64,000 nucleotides of DNA, taken from assembly GCA_965246715.1 (NCBI GenBank), contig CBDFFH010000036.1, positions 1 to 64,000 on the forward strand, given 5' to 3'. The DNA comes from Chamaesiphon sp. GTDB lineage: Bacteria > Cyanobacteriota > Cyanobacteriia > Cyanobacteriales > Chamaesiphonaceae. Below, piece after piece: positions 30,497-39,500 of the stretch. The notes under the pieces are model-generated. The model was given only the letters and a program-made list of their open reading frames with translations. It searched no databases and was not told where the DNA came from. The first letter of the stretch is position 1. Every line of letters starts with the position of its first letter. The position numbers and the translations under genes are program-made.

Positions 30497-30943
30497 TTAT
30501 ACGAGCGTACCGAGCTGTACCCAACTAAATTGGCGATCGCCGCCTAATTCGATGACCACTTTAACTCTGGGTTCGATCGAGGGCAATTCAACCAAGTATG
30601 CCAGTTCTTGACGAGATAATACCGAGCCGTCGATCAACCACACCACCAATCCTTTAGCACCAGGCAGTAGATGGGCGAGATGCGGATCCAGCATGGGCGG
30701 GATAAAATAAGTGCGAATTTCTTTTTTGCCAAGGTGCGCGGGACGCTTGCCATGTACTCCCGTCAGATATGCGGAGAGATCGCCTAAACCGCGAGCTGAG
30801 ATGTGCATGGTTTCATAGCCAGTAGCACGAAGTCGCCGTTGATATCGACCTTCATAACCACCTTCTAGCGGGGCATAAACACCTAACGATCCAGCTTGTT
30901 CTAGCGCTTGAATAAATGGTTTACCAGTCGTAAGTAAGGGCAC
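30497..30943 (-). CDS. ndhN: NAD(P)H-quinone oxidoreductase subunit N
   Basis: PLEGGYEGRYQRRLRA and SARGLGDL motifs. Confidence 0.95.
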   Translation of the reverse strand: MPLLTTGKPFIQALEQAGSLGVYAPLEGGYEGRYQRRLRATGYETMHISARGLGDLSAYLTGVHGKRPAHLGKKEIRTYFIPPMLDPHLAHLLPGAKGLVVWLIDGSVLSRQELAYLVELPSIEPRVKVVIELGGDRQFSWVQLGTLV

Positions 30944-31123
30944 AGTCTAGACATCCTTAGTAGTATCGATCGGCAAGCTGATGGCTGGTGCTAGTCTTGA
31001 CCTCATCTGCTATTTGCCGCTCGCTGATTCGTTGGCAGAGGTTCTCGGAAGAGAATCCGATAGAAAAGTAATAATTTCTTCCTTGTTATATTATGCCATG
31101 GGTCGGGAGACTCCTAACTGAGT

Positions 31124-31858
31124 TCAATCGAGGATATTGACACCATCGTAGATGAGCGCTAGCAGTTCGCCGCGATCGCTAAATTCGATCTGTGACGGCT
31201 TGGGTGTGACGATCGCGATATTCGCAAACGCCCAACAATGACCGCAGGATTGGGCTAAATCGATCGGGAGTTGAATCTGCGGGATCTCGATGCCGATTTG
31301 GCGGAAATAGTCAAAGTAGCTTAAATAAGCAATCCGATAGTCTTGCATCGCTACTGGCAGCGCCGCCGGATCGAGCTGCGGATAAACCTTTTGAATTTCG
31401 GAGATCGAAACTTGATTTAAAAAATCTCCTAGCGGATCGAACGCCAGATTTGATGGCGTGCCGATGAGTTGCGCGCGGGGATTGGCATAAGCCTTGACCA
31501 CACTGATAAATTCTGGGGCGATCTGACGTTCGATCTCGGCATTACAGCTCGCCCAAATCTGACTCAGGATGCTACTCCCTACGTCTACCAAATCCGATCG
31601 CTCGATCGAGATTTTCATCGCTGTTAGCGGATTCTCCGTCCAGAGAATGTGCGGTTTTGCTAACCCAGCATAGTTATAGCAAGCCTCGATCGCCTGTTCG
31701 GCAAGCTGGCGATCGGTGGTCAAATCGTCTAAGATTTTTTCCCACCTTGCCTTGTTTTGGGGAATAAAGTCTACTTCTAATCTAACTAGTTTTCGTCGTT
31801 CGCTTAACACTGTAGTCGCTAATTCGTCAATAACAGGGGTACTTTTCTTTGCCATCAT
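31124..31858 (-). CDS. Hypothetical protein (DUF6745-like)
   Basis: DRQLAEQAIEACYNYAGL and LAQSCGHCWAF...PKP motifs. Confidence 0.7.
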   Translation of the reverse strand: MMAKKSTPVIDELATTVLSERRKLVRLEVDFIPQNKARWEKILDDLTTDRQLAEQAIEACYNYAGLAKPHILWTENPLTAMKISIERSDLVDVGSSILSQIWASCNAEIERQIAPEFISVVKAYANPRAQLIGTPSNLAFDPLGDFLNQVSISEIQKVYPQLDPAALPVAMQDYRIAYLSYFDYFRQIGIEIPQIQLPIDLAQSCGHCWAFANIAIVTPKPSQIEFSDRGELLALIYDGVNILD

Positions 31859-32144
31859 GAACAGTACCCAAGGATAATAACATAATAATTACAATTATAC
31901 TCGATCCTAACTTATCGATTCTCAAGATCTTAACTGTGTCAATATGGCGCAAGTTAGCCGCGATCGCCGCTGGAAGATTGTCAAAGCGCGCTTCATCTTA
32001 CTGGAGATCGATATTGGCTCGATCGCGGATCGATTTAGAAGCTAAGGCTTGAGTCATCTTACTGAATTACCGTGCGATCCGCTTGGATTTTTTTTTCGCG
32101 CCTGATAGGCTAGATAAAAATTAATTTTATCGCTCGAAATATTT

Positions 32145-32435
32145 ATGTCTAGACACTCCGATATGAAAATGCGATCGCTCGCTACGATTCGTTCGTTGTT
32201 GCAAACCATGATTACGTTAGCCTCCGCCTCTTTGGGTTTTGTTGCGGCACTGGCATGGAACGACGCAATTAAGGCTACTTTTAAAAAGTTTTTGGGTGAA
32301 GCAGCTTCCTTGTCCGCTCTTTATACCTATGCGGTGATTGCCACCTTAACAGCTATTTCAGTAGTGGCGATATTGAGTTGGATGGCTAGCAAGGTGGGCG
32401 GAAATGCCGTGATTAATCGAGAAGTAGACGGCTAG
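32145..32435 (+). CDS. Small membrane protein (DUF5654-like)
   Basis: GFVAALAWNDAIK and YAVIAT motifs. Confidence 0.75.
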   Translation: MSRHSDMKMRSLATIRSLLQTMITLASASLGFVAALAWNDAIKATFKKFLGEAASLSALYTYAVIATLTAISVVAILSWMASKVGGNAVINREVDG

Positions 32436-32540
32436 ATTCAAGCCCGATCGTTTTTTCTGAAACCATTATCCCTCCAGCCTGAGTTCGGTGACGCTCGCAG
32501 CTGGAGGTTGATTGTGTTCGCGCTGCGACTAAACTTAGGT

Positions 32541-33980
32541 CTAATCTACATCAACCGCAATGACGGCTTTGACGGCATCTTTAGCGTTAGTTTGAAACTC
32601 CCGCACGTTGACTCGATCGAGTAATTTCACCGCGATAATCATTGCTAAGGCTTGGAGGCTAAATACGAAACCATAGGCTAAGACAGTATTATTTGCAAAA
32701 ACTAACCTGCCGATATCCAATGCCGCACCCCCAAACACCGTTGCTAACCCCTTAGCTAAAGCTTGCGATAAACCCCACGCGCCGATAAATGTTCCGGCTG
32801 TCTCTGGTACCGTCAGATCCAACATTAACGTAATCGCGCCCGTCGTCACCAATCCCGAACAAATCCCAAATAATAATAATGCTAATTGGAGAAACACGGG
32901 ATTGTGAGTAAAGCCAGAAACTATCAACCACAACATCGATGCCGCAACGAGCATACATCCCAATCGCGCTGTCTTCTGCTTGCCCAACTTAGGCACGAAC
33001 CAAAATCCCGCCAGACTCAAACCAATCAGCGTACCGCCACCCCAGAAAGCATTGAGTGCAGCAGTTTTACCGACTGCGAGCGCAAATACTTCGCCGCCAT
33101 AAGTTTCTAAAATCGGATCTTGGATAAATAACCCCAGTGTCATCACGACTAAAAAGGTAAAAAATACCTGAGTCTGACGATTGGCGGTGAGAATATTCCA
33201 AGCACGTCCCAGTGATAACTGCGATTCGCCGGGTCTATCCACGACCCGATTGGCAAACCGCGAATATTTTTGTTCGACACCGACAGTGGCAATGAAGGTT
33301 AGCCCGCAAACGATCGCCGGAACGATGATAAATAATCGATCGATTTGGGCTTGCACTTGGGCGATTGGCGCATTCGCTTCCAAAGATTTGAGCAAGATGC
33401 CGATCGTAATCGCCCCGACGATCGTTCCTCCGATCAACATCGACCAGTCTACTGCAACGAGTCGCGATCGATCGTCCTCATCGGTAATATCGACGAGCAA
33501 CGTTGCAAACGGTGTCGAGCACATACTCACAGACAAGCCATACACGGCAAACAGCAGTGCTAACAAGATCGCCCAACCATCAGTAGTTGCCGTCCAGCCC
33601 ACCGCCTTGAGGCTGGCTCCGAGCTGCCACATCACCTGCACGGCAAACCAAGCAGTCGTCGTCAGTGCTGCCGCTCCCAGCCAAACGTACCCCGTACGAT
33701 AGTAACCAAACAGCGGCTTGGTATCGGAGAGCTGTCCGAAGATAATTCGTGCTGGGGCAACAAATAAAGTCAGCGCTAAAATTACGGTGGCGATCGTACT
33801 CGGTACTGCTAATTCTTTAATTAATACCCGATTTAATACGCCAAACACCATCACCGACATCATCCCCAATCCCATCTGAAATAAGCCCAACCGGATCATC
33901 GTGGGTAATTTCACTTTGGGCATTGGCTTGCTGTAGTCATAGTCATTCCGGTTTGGAGTAGATAAATCGCCAGTGGTCAT
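32541..33980 (-). CDS. BCD/PucC-family MFS transporter
   Basis: RLGLFQMGLG, VLNRVLI, ILETYGGEVF and AGTFIGAWG motifs. Confidence 0.9.
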   Translation of the reverse strand: MTTGDLSTPNRNDYDYSKPMPKVKLPTMIRLGLFQMGLGMMSVMVFGVLNRVLIKELAVPSTIATVILALTLFVAPARIIFGQLSDTKPLFGYYRTGYVWLGAAALTTTAWFAVQVMWQLGASLKAVGWTATTDGWAILLALLFAVYGLSVSMCSTPFATLLVDITDEDDRSRLVAVDWSMLIGGTIVGAITIGILLKSLEANAPIAQVQAQIDRLFIIVPAIVCGLTFIATVGVEQKYSRFANRVVDRPGESQLSLGRAWNILTANRQTQVFFTFLVVMTLGLFIQDPILETYGGEVFALAVGKTAALNAFWGGGTLIGLSLAGFWFVPKLGKQKTARLGCMLVAASMLWLIVSGFTHNPVFLQLALLLFGICSGLVTTGAITLMLDLTVPETAGTFIGAWGLSQALAKGLATVFGGAALDIGRLVFANNTVLAYGFVFSLQALAMIIAVKLLDRVNVREFQTNAKDAVKAVIAVDVD

Positions 33981-34145
33981 AAGATTTTAAATAAATATCA
34001 AAATTCGATCGAATATCTCACTTCTGTGCGACTCGGTAAGATCCTCAATCTAATTTAAAGCACATCCCTCCAGACCAACAATGATGGCGTTCACAAAAAT
34101 TTAGGTTAACCCTATTGACTTTTTGGAGATCTTCTAGGTGCGCTC

Positions 34146-35189
34146 TTAATTTGCGCCGATCGCGTCTAGCAAAATATCCGCACCAAACCGCACCGCATCC
34201 GTGCAAGGCAACCCAGTGGCAGCGCTAACTCGATCGATCTCTTGGCGTACCACATCATCGCTCAAAGTTCCACCATTCAAGGCGATCGCCACTACCTTCA
34301 CGTTCCCAAATGCCCCAGCACAGCTAGCGATCGCCTCATATAACCGCACTACTTCTGGTAAAGATGGAATTTTGACATCGGGACAATTGCGAATGGTTTC
34401 CTGGCCGATTTTGTGGAGCAGAATCAAGTGGGTCGGTTGCGACCCACGAATTAGAGGTAACGTTGCAGTCGAACCTGGGTGTAATAGCGAACCCTGTCCT
34501 TCGACTATTAATAAATCATAATCATTGCCATGTCGCATCACGGCTTGTTCGATCGCCCCTGCGGCATAATCGACCCGTACCGCATCGAGTGCGATACCCT
34601 CACCGCTTATCATCATCCCGGCTTGTCCGGTCGCAATAAACTTAGATTTAACCCCGCGACGTTCGCAGGTGCGTTGTAATTCTAGCGCGGCGGACATCTT
34701 CCCGATCGCCATATCCGTACCGACCATCAGCACCCGCTGACATGGCAGAGATTTGGCGGCACCACTACCGATTTTCAAACCTTGTGGTTCCTGGCGGACA
34801 TCCCAAATCCATTGCTGCGGCTGCAATAATCTGACTAATTCAGGATGCTGGGCTAGAGGTGTATGTAACCCATTGACGATCGATAATCTCCCTGCTACCG
34901 CTTCTCGCAATTCTACAAACCAACTCTCCGGAATCATCCCCCCCGAGGGTGCGATCCCAATCGCCAATACATCTGGCTGATAACTCAAAGCTGACGCGAT
35001 CGAATCGACAATCGGTACAGCTCGATCGATGCCAGTCAACTCAACCAACGATTTACCTGCAACCGTGCGATCGATCGCGCAGACTACCTGTGCGGGACTG
35101 TAGCGTAACAGCGTCAATCCGGTCTTGCCCTGGAGTCCAGTAATCCCTTCATGCAACAACACAGCCAGACGGTGCGAAGATTTCAGCAT
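34146..35189 (-). CDS. DUF1611 family P-loop protein
   Basis: GTDMAIGKM, ATGQAG and VEGQGSL motifs. Confidence 0.9.
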   Translation of the reverse strand: MLKSSHRLAVLLHEGITGLQGKTGLTLLRYSPAQVVCAIDRTVAGKSLVELTGIDRAVPIVDSIASALSYQPDVLAIGIAPSGGMIPESWFVELREAVAGRLSIVNGLHTPLAQHPELVRLLQPQQWIWDVRQEPQGLKIGSGAAKSLPCQRVLMVGTDMAIGKMSAALELQRTCERRGVKSKFIATGQAGMMISGEGIALDAVRVDYAAGAIEQAVMRHGNDYDLLIVEGQGSLLHPGSTATLPLIRGSQPTHLILLHKIGQETIRNCPDVKIPSLPEVVRLYEAIASCAGAFGNVKVVAIALNGGTLSDDVVRQEIDRVSAATGLPCTDAVRFGADILLDAIGAN

Positions 35190-35435
35190 AGTTGAGTCGG
35201 CAGAAGTTCTCGATTTTTTATAGATACCACCACATTATCGCCTGAATCGCGCTTTGCTAGCGATCGATTGTAGCGAAGTGCTGGTGAAACGTCGCTCCGA
35301 AATTAATGATGAGCGGTTAATTTTGCGGTTGTAGCGATCGATTTTTGTGCTCCCGATCCCCAGATTTTTGCAAACTAGCGGAATCGTCGATCGCCAGATT
35401 GTAGTAATCGCTGAAACTATAGCTGGCAAAACACT

Positions 35436-35810
35436 ATGAAATTCACGTATTTATCGCTCGGTATCATCACGATTGGCACTCTATCGATATTCGGCTCGCT
35501 ACCTGTAAATCAAGCTAGCGCCCAATGTGTGATGAATGATACTAGTATTCAAGTCTCGATTAATTCTTCACGGATCCCTACCGAACGACGGAATAATGTC
35601 AGTCAGAATTCCAATGGTGGATGTGTAGGTAATACCGTCAATACCACTGGCGTTCAAGTTCAAACTGGTGGCAACAAACCTGTTAGTCAGAGTCGGAATG
35701 TCAACCAGACCATCAATGGTAGCAATAGCAGCCCGATCGGTGTCAATTCGTCTCCAGTAAAAACTCGCACTAATGTTGGCATCGATGTATATACTCCTGT
35801 CAATCGATAA
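35436..35810 (+). CDS. Secreted N/S/Q-rich small protein, paralog 1
   Basis: Signal peptide ending ASA; QCVMNDT and GGCVGNT motifs. Confidence 0.85.
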   Translation: MKFTYLSLGIITIGTLSIFGSLPVNQASAQCVMNDTSIQVSINSSRIPTERRNNVSQNSNGGCVGNTVNTTGVQVQTGGNKPVSQSRNVNQTINGSNSSPIGVNSSPVKTRTNVGIDVYTPVNR

Positions 35811-35976
35811 TGGTGCGAATCTGGCTAGCTAGTGCCGATCGAAATCTCTGGGTACTAGCTGCGATCTGTAGACTGTCAGTAACGTTCCGCACCGAGCTGG
35901 GGATTTTGAGCTAAATTTGCGGAACGATCCAGCGACGTATTGTAGTAATGGTTGAGACTAACATAAGCAAAACAGC

Positions 35977-36360
35977 ATGAAATACTCATTTTTACCCATC
36001 GGACTCCTCTCGATTGCGACCTTCTCCACTTTGGTTGGATTGTCTGCACCACAGGCTAGCGCCCAATGCGTCATGAATGATACGAATATTCAAGTGTCGA
36101 TTAATGGTTCGCGCAAACCTAGCGATCGCACTAATAATGTCAGTCAAAATTCTAATGGTGGTTGTGTGGGCAATACTGTAAATACCACCAATGTCCAACT
36201 TCAAACTGGCGGTACTCAGCGCGCGACACAGCGACGGGAAAGTAATCAACAAATTAATGGTAGCAATAATAGCCCGATCGGAGTCAATTTACCACCAGTA
36301 AAAACACATCAAAATATCCAAATTGATGTCGATAATCCAGCCGATCGCTTTAACAAATAA
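35977..36360 (+). CDS. Secreted N/S/Q-rich small protein, paralog 2
   Basis: Highly similar to 35436-35810. Confidence 0.85.
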   Translation: MKYSFLPIGLLSIATFSTLVGLSAPQASAQCVMNDTNIQVSINGSRKPSDRTNNVSQNSNGGCVGNTVNTTNVQLQTGGTQRATQRRESNQQINGSNNSPIGVNLPPVKTHQNIQIDVDNPADRFNK

Positions 36361-36430
36361 TAATGAATTTTAGTTTGGTTATTGACGATCGATTTGCAGA
36401 GTTTCAGTATTAGGTAACATCCCTAATATC

Positions 36431-36496
36431 GTAGGGTGGGCACTGCCCACCGCAAGGATTCAAGCTAATACTATAGGTCGGGCAGTGCCAGCCTAC
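36431..36496. repeat. REPIN-like inverted pair of GTAG REPs
   Basis: GTAGGGTGGGCACTGCCCAC at 36431-36450 and inverted GGTCGGGCAGTGCCAGCCTAC at 36476-36496. Confidence 0.8.
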
Positions 36497-36535
36497 TCGA
36501 TGTAAAAAAAACGCCATAGCTGTAAATCTAAATTT

Positions 36536-39500
36536 TCAGCACTCATGCCGATCGACTGTTAGAGTGACGTTACATGGATCGCGATTGGCAAATATGTGGT
36601 TGACATTTTGGCCGAGAACTGGCGGGGTAATGTCTCCAAAGTTCCAACTGTAAGTGAGGGTATCGGCGATACCGGGATCGCTGGCAGTGGCGGTAAATGT
36701 TGCTGCTTGACTTTTCTTAATTTGCAGTGGTTGGATAATTGAGACGATCGTTAGTGCGACGTTGGCGACGGCGATTTTGAGGGATTTAGTGGTGCTGGCT
36801 CCGTCGTTGTCAGTCACGGTGACGGTGAGGTTATTGGTACCAGCTTTGAGGAAGGTATGGTTGGGATTGGTGACTCCGGTGACGGGGATATAACCATCCC
36901 CAAAGTTCCAGGTGATGGTGTGGGTGTCTTTGATGCCAGGGTCGCTGTAAGTTACGCCGAGGTTGAGGGATTCGCCTTGGTTGAGGCTGGTAGTTGGAGC
37001 GGTGAGATTGACAATCGGGGCGAGGTTATCGACTTTGACTGTGGTGGTTTGCTGGGTGCTACCGCCGTCCTTATCGGTGACGGTGATGGTGATATCGTAG
37101 TTACCGTTGTCGGTGTAGGTGTGGGCGATGTTGCTTCCAACGATGGGGTTGGTGCCGTCGCCGAGGTTCCAGCTGTAGGTGAGATTGTTGCTGTTACCGC
37201 CGTCTGTGGCTGTGGCTGATAGTTGGATGGTTTGTCCTTCGTTAATCTTGGTGGGGATGGTTAGGGTTTGGATGGTGGGGGGGAGGTTATTGACGGTGAG
37301 GTTGACGGTGGCGAGATTGGAGATCTGTCCGTCGCTACCAAATCCAAGGTAGGTGAAGCTGTCGTTACCGACGTAGGTGGGGATGGGTTGGTATGTGAGT
37401 TTGCCGTCGGTGGTTTGGGTGAGAGTGCCGTGGGTGGGTTGGTTGATGATTTGGATCTGGGTGACGTTGGTGTCGTTGGTGGTGAGTTGGGTGGTGGTGA
37501 GGGTGAGGGGGGTGTTTTGGTTGGTGGTTAGGGTGTCGTTTTTAGTAACGGGGATGGGTTGGGTGTCGGTGAAGAGTTTGACATCATCAATGGTGACGGT
37601 GCTGGTTTTGGCTCCGAATCCTAAGAGGTTGAAATATAAGGTGGCTTGGGTGCTTGGGGTGACTTGGGTTAAGTCTATGGTGACGATGCTACTGTTGTTA
37701 CCCAGAGCGGTGATGGTGACTTTATCGCTCTTATGGATGTTACCGTTGGCTTGGATGTTGAGGAGGGAGTCGGTGTTGGTTAATCCCTGTGATGTTCCGG
37801 CGAGGGGGTTGAAGGTGTTGGTGTCGAGGAGGGCTACTTCAAAGGCATCGTTGGCGGTTTTGGATGTGTCGCCAGCAACTAGGTGGTTGTCAATGATTGT
37901 GAATTGGAGGGTTTTGGCTCCGGTGGGGATGATGAAGGCTTGGGTGAGTTCGGAGAGTTTTTGGGACTGCTCGGTTAGTGTGGCAGTGCCGTTGATGATG
38001 TTGGTGGCACCTGCGGTGTTCCAGGTTGTTGCTGTGGTGAAGTCGCCGTTGGTGATGCCGATTAATGCACCTGCGGTGAGGTAGGCGGGGTTGACTGTAC
38101 CGACACCCGATACCCCACTGCCAATACCCGAATTGAGGGCGTTAATAATCGCCCAGTCCATTTTGGATGGTAGTTTGCGAACGCCAGGTTTGAGGCTGGT
38201 GTTCATGAGGTCGTAGGGGTAGAGGGTGCTGTCGAGGTGTGAGCCGTCGGGGGTTAGTTTGGTGGTGAATGTATCGGTGGTGAAGATGCCGTTTTTGATG
38301 TGTTTGTCGAATTCGCTGTAGCCATTGATGATACCCAGAGTGTGTCCCATCTCATGCAGGATGGCAGTGAGGAGGTCATATTTACCAGAGGCTGAGCTGT
38401 TAGGGGCGGCTTGGAAATACTCCCCAACTCCCTCACTCCCCAACTCCCCAACTCCCTGAAACTCACTAGAATCCCCTGGTGTACTATCAACGAACCAGCC
38501 GACTCCGTTGGCATCGTCGTCGATGGTGATAGTGGCGGTTTTGGGGGTGCCGTTGGTGTTGTAGCTGGTGATGGTGCCTTCGGCTAGATGTCCAGTTGGG
38601 AGATTGGTGATTTCAAAGTTGAGGTCGATGGGGGTAGTAGAATGAAGTTGCTGCTGCCATAGACTAATGGCGGCTAATTCGATTTTTTGTACCTGATAGC
38701 CAACATTATGTTGTACACCGAACGCTTGGAAGAAGAGAACATCTTGAGTCTCTATGCTGCTGGGAGAAGAGATTTCTCCTTCACTGAAATTTCCGTAGGA
38801 CATCTGGATGGGAGAGACTTGAGCGACATCAACCTGACTGGTGCTTCCTTTTATGGAGGTTTTATAAGTAATACCAATCTCAGTGGTGCTTGTCTCTTCG
38901 GAGCTACTTTTAATTGTGTTGGTATCTATGGATCTAATCTGACTGGAGCCGATCTCACTAATGCCCGTTTTAGCGGTAACATTGACTGTAGCAACGTCAA
39001 CTTTACTCGATGTCGCTTGGAAGATGTTGTTTTTACTAATGCCGATTTGAGAAATTCCAATTTCCAAGGGTGTGGTGAAGCGAACGGTTCCATCTGGATT
39101 AAGTGTGATTTTTCTGGTGCAACTGGTATCGATCGCCTCTTTGAGAGATCCGGAGGATTCGGATATTGGAAGTGTATCTTTTCTGGTGGTGATGGAGTAG
39201 GGCGAACTAGTGGATTGCTCTTCCTCGGCTAGTAATGGATATACCCCTCCCACAATCCAGTTATAAATCTCTGTGTAGTTACGGGTTTTAATTTGAGAAC
39301 GAGTTTGAGTGGGAAGATTGCTAAAGAAATCAAAATTATTCCCACTTTGTTTTAGCTTCTGTTCTAAATCTGCAACAGACATCAAAGATGTAAAATATTG
39401 ATTGTCTCTCCAATTTATTATATTTCCTCGACTGGCATCGTTAGGCATATATACAGCAAAAGCCATATTGTCTTTAGTCGCATCGGCTAACTTCTGTCCA

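Noticed and set aside
33181..33702. 173-aa ORF antisense to the PucC-like gene
   Set aside because: No motif; typical antisense shadow
37377..38084. 235-aa Val-rich antisense ORF and other plus-strand ORFs over the PKD region
   Set aside because: Shadow of ACC/AAC-rich Thr/Asn codons with no family motif, unlike the nested pentapeptide ORF
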